From: the human T2T-CHM13v2.0 reference genome, Homo sapiens
Assembly (NCBI RefSeq): GCF_009914755.1
Contig: NC_060928.1
DNA length: 64,000 nt
Strand: one strand, 5' to 3'
In this document: piece after piece, positions 1 to 14,025 of the stretch
How the letters are laid out: each line of letters begins with the position of its first letter
Numbering within the stretch: position 1 is the stretch's first letter
Translations under genes and position numbers: made by a program
The notes under the pieces: model-generated
Told to the model about the DNA's origin: nothing
The model's input: only the letters and a program-made list of their open reading frames with translations
Databases searched by the model: none

Positions 1-269
1 TGAAATGCTTTGAGGCCTTTTTCCCCATAGTCTTGGATATTAGCACTTGGCTTCCTTTAGTCATGCAAGTCTCTTTAGCAAGTCGTTGCTCTGCAGGCCA
101 GTTATATTACAGTCCTATAAATGCTTTTTCTTTCTTTGCCACATGGCCAGGGTGCTTATTTTTCCATTTTGCGTATTCCATTTCTCTTTTAATTATAAGT
201 TCCACATTTAAGTCCTTTCTTTGTTCCTGTATGTGAGTTGTAGGATGTTAGAAGCAGCCATACTGCTTC

Positions 270-614
270 TTTTTTTTTTTTTTTTTAATACTTTAAGTTC
301 TAGGGTACATGTGCACAATGTGCAGGTTTGTTATATATGCACACGTGTGCCATGTTGGTGTGCTGCACCCATTAACTAGTCATTTACATTAGGTATATCT
401 CCTAATGCTATCCCTCCCCTTCCCCCCACCCCACGACAGGCCCTGGTGTATGATGTTCCCCTTCCTGTGTCCAAGTGATCTCATTGTTCAATTCCCACCT
501 ATGAGTGAGAACATAAGGTGTTTGGTTTTTTGTCCTTGCGGTAGTTTGCTGAGAATGATGGTTTCCAGCTTCATCCATGTCCCTACAAAGGACATGAACT
601 CATCCTTTTTTATG
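270..614 (-). mobile_element. 5'-truncated L1PA 3' end
   Basis: Poly-T followed by the L1PA 3' UTR complement (atactttaagttctagggtacatgtgcacaa...cccacctatgagtgagaacat). Short flanking repeat cttctt. Confidence 0.93.
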
Positions 615-651
615 ACTTCTTGAACTCTTTGCTGCTTAAAAATTTCTTCGG

Positions 652-973
<322 letters not shown>

Positions 974-1301
974 TCATCACTCAAGTTCAAAATTCCACAG
1001 ATCCCTAGGACAGAAACTAAATGCAATCCAATCTTTGCTAGGGTATAACACAGGCGACCTTTATTCCAGTTCCCAGTAACTTCCTCATTTCCATCTGAGA
1101 CCTCATTAGCCTGGTCTTACTATCTGTATTTCTATGATAATTTTCGTCACAACCACTGAACAAGTCTCTAAGACGTTCCAAATTTTCCTCATCTTCCTGT
1201 CTTCTGAGCCCTCCACTCTTTCAACCTCTGCTCAGTTCCAAAACTGCTTCCACATTTTCAAGTATCTTTACAACAACACCGTACTCCTGGTCCCAATTTT
1301 C

Positions 1302-1708
1302 TATGTTAGTCTGTTCTTGTGTTGCTATGTAGGAATACCAGAGGTTGGGTAATTTATAAAGAAAATAGGTTTATTTTTGCCCACAGTTCCGTAGGCTGTA
1401 CAGGAAGCATGGTGCTGGCACCTGTCCCTAGTGAAGGCCTCAGGAAGCTTCCAATCATGGGAGAAGGTGAAGAGGGAGTCAGTGTATCACATGGCAAGAA
1501 AGGGAGCAAGAGAGAAGGGAGAAGTCTCAGACTCTTTTAAATAACATGAACTCAGAGTGAGAGCTCACTCATTACAGTGAGGATGGCACCAACCCATTCA
1601 TGAGGAATCCATCCCATGATCCAAACACCTGCCACCGGGCCCACACTTCAACATTTGAGATTACATTTCAACATGACATGTGGGAGGACAAACATCCAAA
1701 CTATATCA
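1302..1708 (-). mobile_element. MST-family MaLR LTR (MSTA/MSTB-like)
   Basis: tgttagtctgttcttg...ggctgtacaggaagcatggtgctggca...aacatccaaactatatca terminus. Confidence 0.85.
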
Positions 1709-1764
1709 CCATCTACAACTTTTCTTTGCTATTAAAAGTATATGTTTAATATTGTTTTCTCAAT

Positions 1765-1960
1765 TGGTACACATGAACATAAAGATGGAAATAAGAGACA
1801 CTGGGAATTCCAAAAGCAGAAAGGTAGGAAGAAGTGAGTTGAAAAATTACCTATTTGGTACAGTGTTCAATATTTGGGTGATGGGTTCACTATAGTCCCA
1901 AGCCCCATCGTCATACATGTAATCTCCCGTAACAAACAAGCACATATATCCCTGACTCAA
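1765..1960 (+). mobile_element. old L1 (L1MA/L1PB-like) 3' UTR fragment
   Basis: gtacacatgaacataaagatggaaataagagacactggg...tgaaaaattacctatt...tttgggtgatggg. Confidence 0.7.
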
Positions 1961-4498
1961 AAAACACACACACAAAAACCAAACTTGTACACATTCAATA
2001 GTAATATCCCAACATATCAACTACGGTTGCCAGAAACCAATAGTAATTTAGAAACCACTATTGTTTTGATTGATTTTATTCAAATTTACTCTGAATTTAT
2101 GAATTGAGCAGACATTCTTTAGTTGAAGATATAAGAAAATTTCAATGTCACATAACAAGTTTAAAAACAAAATACTTTTCTTACAATACCTTTTTCTAAA
2201 AGAACTTAACCTTGCTTCCATACTTTCCCAAAGTACTTTCATAAAGTGTTTTTGCAAAGTACTTTTCTATAATTTTTGAAAGGTACTAATGATTCTTGTC
2301 TTTTTCTCTCATCTCCAATAAAATAACCCTTTGGTTATTAACATTTTAAATTATTTTCATTATAAAGCAAATGAATTAATCAGATTTTTTGGTTCACTGA
2401 TCTTGATGGAGAGAATAATAATTATGACACCTGAGTATCTGGCTAAGGTAAAGAGAGTTAGTACTAATTAGAGAAATGGCCCACAATACAGAAGTCAAGG
2501 ACAAGCAAGGAAATATTTTACAATTTCTGAGTTACCTTATCAGCAAAATGATAAAATATTTTATGATATATACTAAACAGATATTTATTGTTATGTTATT
2601 CATCTGCTTAAGGAATCAACAAATATGTTGATTGCCTAAAAAGTTCTAAACGCTATTTTTATAAAAGTTGAAAGTTGAATCTCGTGAAAACTGTGATTTA
2701 TTATTTTGGGTCACATTCTTCCAGCTCTCATTTTCAATATTAGCACAATGTATCAGTCCAAGCCAATCATCAATTTGTCATTAAGGTACATTGTATCACA
2801 GACAATAAAATATTATTACATTTTCTTCTAAAGAGACTTCAATCCCATTTGTGTTAGTTGAAATTTCTTGTTTGCAAGAATAGAAACCCAGTGACAAGCA
2901 AAACAGGAGTTTATTATAAAAATAAAGGAACATTTCCCAGGGTCCAAAGATAGCAATACATCTGGACTGTAGGAAAACAACTAAAAGTAAGGAATATAAA
3001 TGCCTTCCAGGTCCTCCTATTTCTTTTATTGCTGCTCCTACCTGAGTGTACATTTATATCTCAACACATCAACCACAGAAAGAAGCAATCTTTCTGGCTC
3101 TCCAGCCAAGGTGCCAGGAAAGGAATTCCTTGATATAGCTTATGCTGTATTTCCCTCTGTGTGGATGTTAACCTGTTAACTGTGCAAAAAAGTCGTGTCA
3201 TAAAAAAATACTGTAGAGAGCTCGTTCAACACTCACATAGATAGAAGGAAAAAGAGGAAATCCTACAGAAGTGTGGAAAAACAATAAGTTTCCGTTATAC
3301 CATTCTGTAGAACTATGAAGTTAACTAACATTTATTGAACACTTAACATTTACCAAGAACTACCTAGATAATCTATTTTCATATTCATTATAATGCACTG
3401 GGTATATACAGTGATACCTACTTTATAAATGAAAAAGCAAAACTAAAGAAAATTGAAGGACAAGCCCAAGATCAAAGATTTATTTGAAATTTAATTGAAG
3501 CAAATTAAGACACAAGTATTATGCTTCTATTTTGCTAACGAGTGTTCTAAGATTTCAGAATACAAAAGCCAATGATACAGTCCATGACCTTGGAGAGCTT
3601 CAGGCCAATTGGAAAAGAAAAGAGAAAAAGATAATTAAAATATAACAGTTAAGCTTTATATTTTTACTAACCTTATCTGTGCCAGAGGTTCCTGTGTGGA
3701 GCATCTGACGAATTGTGACCCAGTCCAGGAGGAAAAAACATTATTTGGAGATAGTAATGCTTGAATTTAAAAAGATGAATTGTGATTAACCAGATGAAGA
3801 AGAAAGGTCAATGAATTTAGGCAGAAAAAAACATATATGTAAAGATTTGGTCATTTTACACAATATTACTATCACGTTGGGATACATAAGTAATCTCGGA
3901 TATAGAGAATTTAGGTAAAAGGGGGCAGAAAATGCTTACCAATGAGAATCATCAAGAGAGAGATAGAGGCTAGATCATGAACAACATTGAATATCATGCT
4001 TAGGACTTCATTGTTATGAAGAGGCAATTAGAAGTCTCTGACATATTTTTAAAAGAGTATTGCACTTACCAAATTGAATTAAACATTATTCTGGCAAATA
4101 TAAATAATTAATGAATTGGAAGTTGGCAAGACTAACAGAAACACAGGAGTCAATGGCAGAACGCTCTGCAAAAGATCATGAAGTTCTATCTGAAAGAAGA
4201 ATAGGACAACGGGTGAAGCTAAGATTCTAGTTATGATGTGGCTTCTTTAATTACACACCATAACTCTTCTATTGTTGAAAATGGAGAGGGAAGAGTGAAG
4301 GAGATTGAATTCAATTTGGAAAATTAAGAAATTTCACCCACCACTGCTAAAAGCAAAAATATATTCATTAAAATATCTGGATTTTATTTTAAACTACTTC
4401 CATTATCTTAGACTGTAATTGATATGCATAAATTCATTATTAAGCTACATTGTGGAAACTATCATCTGACCTAATCAGGAATCCATACACAGGAGGTG

Positions 4499-4773
4499 GG
4501 CCCGGCACGGTGGTTCACACCTGTAATCCCAGCACTTCGGGAGGCCAAGGCCGGCGGATCAGGAGGTCGGGAGATCCAGACCATCCTGGCTAACACAGTG
4601 AAATCCTGTCTCTACTAAAAATACAAAAACTTAGCCATGCTTGGTGGCGGGCACCTGTAATCCCAGCTCCTTGGGAGGCTGAGGCAGGAGAATGGCGTGA
4701 ACCCCCAGATCGCGCCACTGCACTCCATCCAGCCTGGGCAACAGAGCAAGACTCCGTCTCAAAAAAAAAAAAA
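4499..4773 (+). mobile_element. AluY with an internal right-arm deletion
   Basis: AluY-type motifs. gaacccccagatcgcgcc lacks the gggaggcggagcttgcagtgag block. A-tail and a long flanking repeat. Confidence 0.93.
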
Positions 4774-5921
4774 GGAATCCATACATGGGAAGTGGTCAGC
4801 TAGAACTACTTTGAAAGACCACACTTCAGAGTCACTGCTGCAAGAATTGTTTCTGTCCTTAACTTGAGTATAGTTAAGAGACTTTATGAGATATTTCATT
4901 AGCGGAATCTGCGTTTTCCTAATCAGCTTAATGGCTGTTAAAATTGAGCTCCTTTTGGTTACATTATAGATATCCAACCATGAGGACTGGCTAAAATAGT
5001 TTAGAGAAGAATCTCACCTTAACATGGAAATGGATAGCATTCTAAAAATCTTATTGCAGGTATCCTTAGAAATAATGCTTGTGATTTAAATGCATAAGGG
5101 TTCTGTAGCTAGAAGGATGCTTGCTATCAAGTCTATCATAGAATTCTATAAAATGTTGTTTTGTCATATGTAAGTTACTGAAAGCGAAGGAGAACGAGAA
5201 GAGGATAAGTGAAATTTGTGCAAATATTTTTCTCAGAGATTTGATTTTGTTATTTTCCATTACTAAGATGATGGATGTAGTGGCTAATCCACTTGACTCG
5301 AATGGCTACAGCGGAAAGAAATGACTTGTCACTATCTTAATTTTGAGCATTTTGAGGCAGTTTCAACCACTAATTTTGATATACCACAACACTTATTTTA
5401 TAGAATTAAATTTGGGAGCACCATTTCTCATTTTATTAAAGGACTTTACTGCTGTTTGTGTGCTCATTTCTCACTGGAATGGACGCACCATGGGAGTAGA
5501 AACAATATGCTATCATGTTTACCATGGAAATCCAGAATCTACAAAGAAACAGGTAATGCATAAAATGGAATGACTTGGCTTCTGGTTCTGCTTCAAACAT
5601 TTATTATTTTGTGTATTTTTATGAATATTTGAAAGGAAAAGAGGAAGCAACTCAGGTATTATTTTAGCTACCAGCCATCTGAATCCACAAGTCACCCAAA
5701 ATATTGGCATTCACATTCAGTGAGGACAAATCACTTTTATATGGTTCATGCATATAATTCTACTCAGGTTGACACAAATATCTCTTTATCACTTCAAGAA
5801 TAATATGCAATTTTGGAAAAAGATGTCCAGTCCATGATTCCGACAATAGGCCAATCGTGTCATTTGTTTAAACTAATTAAAACATATTTCCTAGTTTCTA
5901 GAGAAGAAATGAAGCATTTCA

Positions 5922-6313
<392 letters not shown>

Positions 6314-8717
6314 TTATCATATATGGTAGTTTGGTGGAAGCATGATTATATGGTATGAGGTGATTTAAGAAGTGGACAGTTAAGACTATGATGAGAATAG
6401 ATGCCTTTTTCCTTATTTTTTGGTTGGGAGGTCATGTTGATTTTATGCAACTAACATGTTCCTTTTTCTGACTAATTCATACAAAAAATCAATGGTAAAA
6501 TGTATCAAAAATCTATAATTTGATACAAAAATATACGAATATCAAATGAAGTGAGTTAGAAGTATTAGATTTAAATCTTACTAAAATTACAACTTTAAGA
6601 AAAGTGAGAGGACAATTCTTTGTTATATATTTTGTCTCACATGTATTTTTCATGAAAGACAAAAATCTAGCAATAATCTTGATGATGTATATAAAATTAA
6701 TACTAAGTTCCCCAAAACCATTTTTTAGCAGAGAACAACATGAATATTTTAAATTCTTTTGTAAAAATAACCTAAATTCTACCCAAATAAATTAAGCAAA
6801 AATCAAATGTATATATTCACTGTATGAGCAGAACTCAAATATACTTTTATTTAATAACGCCCTCATCTTTTCCAGACAAAGTCAGAGACAACCTTTTCAG
6901 ATGCTTTTTACTGATCTTACATTGTTTTCCTTTGACACTTTATCTTGCATTTCAGCACTAAGTAGTTTGTAAGAAATTTATGATTCCTCAAAAAGGACTC
7001 AGAGAACATTTCACAGTAATGAATATTAGGTCAGCTTTGACAACCTTGTAATAAATGTGGTAGAATGTTAAAATGTATTTGCTACTTTTAGAAGCTTTTC
7101 AAGTGGCAAAAAAATCTTTGGAATGCAAAACAATGAGTCAATATGATAACTTCTTATTTATACTATTGGTACTATCATGTGTCTATATCTTATTGTTGGA
7201 TTTCTTTTTACCTCATATTTCAGTGTATCATGTGAGGTTGGATAATTCTTGTTTGTTTTCAAGGTCACACTTAGAGTTACTAAAATAGTAATTTGCATTA
7301 TTTATATATAAAATAAAAGTCTGGTTTTTAGGCTTGAACGAATATGCTATTTCTGTCATTTTTAACATAGGAATTTCATAAATATGCCATACTTCTCAAA
7401 TACATTGGCTACAGGCTATTTGATATTCATTAAACACATGCAATCTGTGACCCTTACGAGAATGCTTCCTTTTTATAGTTATAAAAAGAAATAGCATTAA
7501 TCATTAACGACTGGTAATTTCTTCTGCTAGTTTCTTAATACCAGAATAATACATATTAATTATGAAGAATTTGGGAATTATTGCAGAAATTCGCTTACTG
7601 AGTTCTGGTTAACTACCAAGATTATCCAAGTCTCCTTGCCTCTGTAAAATTCTGAACACTTAAGTGCACTAGACTCGAAGCCATTTGAATTGTTTTTTTA
7701 CCAGAGTTTGCTGTGGTTCATGCTCAAACCTGTGTGTATGAGTGTTACTTAACACTGTCATTATGCAATTTAACTAGGTATTAAACAAAACAATGATAGA
7801 TGGTTGTAAGAAGGGAATTTCTTTCATAAAAATTAAATAAAATACTACAGAAATAATAAATAATAGGATATTGCCTGAAAATCAATTACTGATAAGACAT
7901 GTATGGGTGAAACAACTACAAAATATCAGCGGGGAAATTATAAACCTTTTTATGGATTTGTAACTCAGATTGCTGTACAGGTGTCTATAAGTTCTTGCTA
8001 CACATAAGAGAAAGCAAAACTTTAAATCATAAACATAACACAAATTTGGCAATATCAAATCAGATGGTGATGGTTAATTTTGCAATATCTGCTTTGATTT
8101 TGTTTTATGTTTCCCCTGGTGATATCCAAAATGAATAAAGACAACAGACTTAGTCTTAATGAGAACAATAGAATTTTTTTTGAAAAAAATTGTGACCAAC
8201 AACATACTGAAACACTAGTCTTACTAAATGTGTACCAAAACAGTCATAAAGAATTTTGGACATATAAAGGTTATTGCTTTAATGTTGTAATAGGAATAAT
8301 TATTCCGATGATGAGAGTCAATATCATAGATGGCTGCAAAATTGCTTATTTCCTTTATGTTCATTTCTCTATCTGACTATGAGGAATTATGCTCGTTGTA
8401 AGATGGCCAACCTTCATAATTTATGTCTTACCTGTGCCAAATTATAGTTAGGACTCTAAATATGGCATTTTCCAAAAATATAATATTAAAATGATAAAAT
8501 CCATGATGCTTTTACCACAGTATAAAGGTCTTCCTTTGTCATATTGATGAAGTAAATTAGAATTCTAACATAGGCTATAGTCAAAAATGCCATAGCAATG
8601 CCATAGCAACAATGAATAGCAAAATATATGACATACCAGAAGATAAAAACTCTACTGAAGCTACCTCTGCAGCTACCTTTATTTAATACACATCCATTGA
8701 ATGAAGAGTATCCAACA

Positions 8718-8826
8718 GGTGTTGACTCAGTCAATATAACATTATCCCTCTCCTTCCTTGTGCACCCAAATTCATACCAGCTACTTCTACCCAGTGAATT
8801 TTGGGGTTATAGCTTCCTTCCAGGTA
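8718..8826 (+). repeat. copy A of a 109-bp inverted repeat (partner 10504-10612)
   Basis: Hand alignment to the reverse complement of 10504-10612: ungapped, 85/109 identical. Confidence 0.9.
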
Positions 8827-9014
8827 TTTTTTTGGTAGTATGTATAACACCAGGGAACTGATAACAAAAGAATTGATAAGACATGGTAAATTGCTGTCCT
8901 CAAGAAGTCATGTGTATAGCAAGTAAAAATGCTACTCTGGTTCTTGTATAAATAAGAATGTTTTAATAACAGTTCAAAAGACCACTTAAAATTTATTTTC
9001 CTAGCAATTTTCAA

Positions 9015-9108
9015 ATATACAATATATTAATAATAACTATAGTCACCATGATGTATAATAGAGCTCTTGAACTGATCCCTCCTATCTAACTGAAATTTTG
9101 TATCCTTA
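9015..9108 (-). mobile_element. L1M 3' UTR fragment
   Basis: ataactatagtcaccatg...taatagagctcttgaact...cctatctaactgaaattttgtatcct resembles an L1MA/MB 3' end. Confidence 0.65.
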
Positions 9109-10503
9109 AAAACATAAAATTTTTATTCATCAATTAAAAAAATTGTGCCAAAAAGAAAGCAAGAAAAAGCAAGAAATGTGATAAAAACTGAGTTCACTTA
9201 TCAAATCTACAGATTTATCATAATTTGTTTGCACATCAAAGAAACCATCGATGAGACTTCATGTCTATACACGTATTCTTGTATAAACAGTAATGCATTT
9301 ATCATTCTCAATTACTCCTCCTTTTGCTGCATTTTTGGGGAGACTGAAAGAAAGGCTTCATCTTTATGATTATTTGGCACTCAAAAGTTTCCCAAAAGCC
9401 TAGAATTGTCATTTGTAATATATAGGAAAGAAGCAAATATTCAATACTTTAAAAAACACATTCTGTTGAAAGCTATGGAAATAGCCTGAAAGTGGACCAT
9501 AATCTTTATTTGGTCAGATCATATTCTTTATCCTGCTTTATTTGGTCAAAGCAGGATATCTCTACACAATTCATTTCTTTTTATTTAGGTTACATTATAT
9601 ACTTAAATATTTATTTCTTTTATCCAATATATTGAAGTCCAGTCAGGCCAATAATTCTCAATCAGAATGACTGGCACAAGTTATTGTATTAAAATCACCT
9701 TCCTAAAGTATAACTATGACTTGAAATCTTGGAAATAATAAAGATAATTACAATATAATTTCAAGAAAGGACATCCGGTATTTTATAACACTGACCCTCA
9801 GAGAATGCAACTTAGATTTACCTTTATATTTTAGAAATATTTTTGAATAATAAAATATTTTATTGTTTTTTAAATAATAATATTAAATATGAAAACCAAA
9901 TTATTACACCCAAAATGTTTATGAGACTTAGGGATAGAAGTCCCTAAACCTCAGATTTATTATTTAAATAGCTGAAAATAAAGACCAGAAGGAGACATGA
10001 CATGTGGTAAACGTGGCTTATTTTTTAAAACAAATAGAATGTTATCATTTTATTAATAACATCACTATTAAAAATTATGTTTTGATAGTATAATTGATTG
10101 ATGTATAAATGTATACAGAATAGTTTTTCACAAATATATTCTAATTACTAATCTCTGGATAAGGATTTCCTCCCCTCTTGTGGAGACTATGAATTACTAA
10201 AACAGTTTTCCCCTAATGATGTCAAAAATGACTTCTGAAAACCAGTAACAAGTGATCAGAATTGACATGGAATATAAAACCTACATGTTAATATTGTATT
10301 CATCTTCCACAATTGGCGTTCCTTAGAGTCTACATTTCTGAGTGTTATTGATAAAAGAGGGACTGTCAAGAGTAAACTAAAAGCAAAGGCATTCCTTTCT
10401 TTTTTTATATCAAAGTCATTCCCATCCTTCTTTTGAAATTTAAGAAAAGCCCAATTATGTTGGAGTTCAGCCACTCTGACCTTTAACTTTACTATTTTGA
10501 ATG

Positions 10504-10612
10504 TACCTGGAAAGGAGCTGTACCCCCAGAATTTACTGTGCAAGAGTGGCTGGTAAGAATTTGTGTGCATAGGGGAGAACAAGGATAATATTACATCAAC
10601 TGAGTCATCACC
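10504..10612 (-). repeat. copy B of the 109-bp inverted repeat (partner 8718-8826)
   Basis: Reverse complement ggtgatgactcagttgatgtaatattatcc...tttccaggta aligns without gaps to 8718-8826. Confidence 0.9.
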
Positions 10613-10799
10613 AATTAAATGATAGAGGCAATACCTGAGATATCTCAGCATAGCACTCCCTCCTGGGTCTTCCACTAACTGAAATGGCTGCCTGGCCCAT
10701 CTGGATTTCTCTGCAGTATTAATGCTCATTGCTCAAAATGCATATTAAAAGAACATGCTACTATGATAAAATGTCAAAATAATTTTTTTGTTTATATAA

Positions 10800-11157
10800 C
10801 ATATTAATCTGTGCTGCTAATAAAGACATACCCGAGACTGGTTAATTTATTTAAAAAACTAGAGGTTTAATTGACTCACAGTTCCACATGGCTGGGGAGG
10901 CCTCAAAATCATGGTGGAAGGTGAAGGAGGAGCAAAGTCACATCTTACATGGTGGCAGGCAAGAGAGTGTGCAGGGAAACTCCCCTTTATAAAACCATCA
11001 GATCTCGTGAGACTTATTCACTATCACAAGAACAGCACGGGAAAGACCCACTCCCATGATTCAATTACCTTTCACCAGGTCCTTCCCATGACATGTGGAA
11101 TTATGACAGCTACAATTCAAGATGGTATTTGGGTAGGGACACAGCCAAACCGTATCA
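10800..11157 (-). mobile_element. THE1 solo LTR (MaLR)
   Basis: ctgctaataaagacatacccgagactgg...aaaaccatcagatctcgtgagacttattcactatcac...acacagccaaaccgtatca. Confidence 0.92.
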
Positions 11158-11353
11158 GATAATTAGTTAAATGCTTCCTGTAAGGGTCCCAGGGAACCAT
11201 GTAAGCTTATGGAAAGGGCCACAGAAAAATGACACCTCCACATATGAGAAAGCGAATTTCCAGGCAGGTATTTTGGCATGCACAAATGCTTCAAAATATG
11301 TAGCTTTTTCAAACTATTAACTATAAGAAAATTGTGAATTAAGAATATTTTAG

Positions 11354-11632
11354 GGCCGGGTGCCGTGGTTCACCATGTAATCCCAGCACGTTGGGAGGCC
11401 GAGGCGGGTGGATCGCGAGGTCAGGAGATCGAGACCATCCTGGCTAACATGGTGAAACCCTGTCTCTACTAAAAACACAAAAAAATTAGCCAGGCGTGGT
11501 GGCGGGCACCTGTAGTCCCAGCTACTTGGGAGGCTGAGGCAGGAGAATGGCGTGAACCTAGGAGAGGGAGCTTGCAGTAAGCCAAGATGGCACCACTGTA
11601 CCCAGCCTGGGCAACAAAGGAAGACTCTGTCT
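11354..11632 (+). mobile_element. AluY, tail replaced by (TA)n
   Basis: gagatcgagaccatcctggctaac and gaatggcgtgaacc, followed by AT dinucleotide run. Confidence 0.94.
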
Positions 11633-11857
11633 AAATATATATATATATTAAAATATATATATATTTTAATATGCCAAGGTCAGTTTTCTCAAACCCACAA
11701 AATTTGATGTGATAATGTTGAGAAAATTATTTAGGCTTCTCTTCTCCAGGACTTTTTATTTTATAAATAATGTATTTGTTAATGTTGTTAATGAAATGCA
11801 ACATATTACATGTGATATTATTTGAGACTTTAAACTGGTATGTAAAGAACTATCTTG

Positions 11858-12090
11858 TTAGTAATACATACATTCTAATATCATATATTATATATTATAA
11901 TTTATATATTATATACATTATATATAAATGTATACATAATATGTATATAATATATAATATAATATATAATATATAATAATATAATATATAATATGTAACA
12001 TAATATATAATATATAATAAAATATATAATATTAGAATGTATGTATTACTAAATATATATTACTATATATTAGAATGTATGTTTTATAAT
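11858..12090. repeat. AT-rich low-complexity quasi-palindrome
   Basis: Core almost all A/T, bounded by a perfect 24-bp inverted repeat (11858-11881 / 12029-12052). Confidence 0.88.
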
Positions 12091-13061
12091 AAATGTATTT
12101 AATTCAAGCTTTGTTTTTATTTATAAGCCAATAGTACAAATTACTAAGATATACTAAGATATACAGAAATTTTAAGATTAAACTTTACATATGTATAACT
12201 CATTCTCAATAGGTAATCAAATAGTTTTAAATTTAATTATTGAATTTTTATTAACAAGATAATCTTAGCTCTCTCAGAACAATAAATGATAGGCCTCATT
12301 TGAAAAAAAAGTGTTTTTTATTACATAAATAGCTCTAGAAAGTGAGAATTAAAAAATTAGGTACCACAGTTACTATGTTGAAATTAACTATATCTATAAT
12401 TAGAAGAATGATATTAAATAAAATCTGTCTTAATAATTGTATTTCTCTTTGGTGGATGCTAAAATGCCTTGTTTTGTGCATGCATTTTTATAGCAGCCTC
12501 TGTGTGTGTGTGTGTGTGTCTTGTGTTCTGAAAACTCATTGTGACTTGGAAAATTTGAATTTTCTATTATGCTGGGATGGCTGCTTTTATCCATTCAATA
12601 TTTGGTATTGGTAAATTATTTATTTTCATGTTTTCTCCCTTTTTCCAATGGAAGAATTTATCCCATATTCCATTAACATGGAAAAATATGATCCACTTGA
12701 TTTTGTTCCCTGCTTAGACTTACTCCTTCTTCTCTATCTTCTAGTAAATACTCCTCCAAAGTGAGCTCATTTCTTTTTCTTAATTCATGTTTTCAATTTT
12801 TTCCAACTTCCCTTTACCCATGGCTAGAGTTATTTTTCTGCCAAGTTTAGCATAGTCTGCTACATTTCAGAGGTTCTTAATATAACAAGACTGAAAAATG
12901 TAGAAAATATTAACGTGTATATTTGGATTATGATATATTACAAATTCAAGTTTTTTTCTGTGCTTTATTAAGGTTTGATTGACAAAGATAGTATATATTC
13001 ACAGTATGCAATGTGATGTTTTAATATATGTATACATTGTGTTAAATTTGAAGTTTTATCC

Positions 13062-13478
13062 TGTATAACTCAGTTCTTGCATTGCTCTAAAGAAATACCC
13101 GAGTTGTGTTTCTATAAAAAGAGGTTTAATTTGCTCACAATTCCACAAACTGAACAGGAAGCATGACGCTGGCATCTGCTTGACTTCTGGGAAAGTCAAG
13201 GAAACTTACAATCATGGTGGAAGGCAAAGGGGGAGCGAGGCATTTCATATGACAGGAGCAGGAGCAAGAGAGAGAGAGGTGGGAGGTACTACACACTTTT
13301 AAACGTCCACATCTCGTGAGAACTCTATCACGATAACAGCACCAAGAGTATGATGCTAAACCACTCACGAAGGATCCACCCCCATGATCCAATCACGTCC
13401 CACCAGGCCCCACCTATAACACTAGGGATAACAATTCAACATGCGATTTTGGTGGGGACACAGATCCAAACCATATCA
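13062..13478 (-). mobile_element. MSTA-like solo LTR
   Basis: ttgcattgctctaaagaaatacccgag...aggaagcatgacgctggcatctgct...acagatccaaaccatatca. Confidence 0.9.
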
Positions 13479-13767
13479 TATGTCTTAAACATACACACAG
13501 TAATGTTATTAGTGAAGAAGACAATACGTCCCTGAATAGTCATTCTGCTATTGCCTAAAAGATCGTTGTAACAGTTGTGATTTATGTCATCTCTCTTAAA
13601 AGCCAATGAAAACAACAAAATGAATAAAAACAAGAGCTCCCCGAATTTGTATAGTTCTTGACATTATCACGGACTTGGTAGCTTAGTTGCTAGAACCCAG
13701 GAAGTCTAAAAGAATAATTCATTTTTCTTCCCTCCTTTATACTACTGTGTATATTATTTTGGTTCTG

Positions 13768-14025
13768 TTTTTTTTTATTATTATTATACTTTAATTTCTA
13801 GGGTACATGTGCACAATGTGCAGGCTTGTTACCTATGTAAACATGTGCCATGTTGGTGTGCTGTACCCATTAACTCGTCATTTACATTAGGTATATCTCC
13901 TAATGCTATCCCTTCCCCCTCCCCGCACCCCACGACAGGCCCTGGGTGTGTGATGTTCCCCATCCTGTGTCCAAGTGTTCTCATTGTTCAATTCCCACCT
14001 ATGAGTGAGGACATGCGGTGTTTGG
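13768..14025 (-). mobile_element. 5'-truncated L1PA 3' end
   Basis: Poly-T plus L1PA 3' UTR complement. TSD tttggttctg overlaps L1 sequence at the truncation junction. Confidence 0.93.

Noticed and set aside
5470-5560. Possible exon ending AAACAG|GTAATG
   Set aside because: A donor-like site alone, with no convincing acceptor or coding signal. Would need RNA data.
10635-10648. Perfect 14-bp palindrome ctgagatatctcag next to inverted-repeat copy B
   Set aside because: A few palindromes of this length are expected per window, and it has no counterpart beside copy A.
10256-10729. 157-aa minus-strand ORF overlapping inverted-repeat copy B
   Set aside because: No recognisable homology, and many differences from copy A change amino acids, so coding constraint is not evident. 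Kept only as part of the repeat finding.
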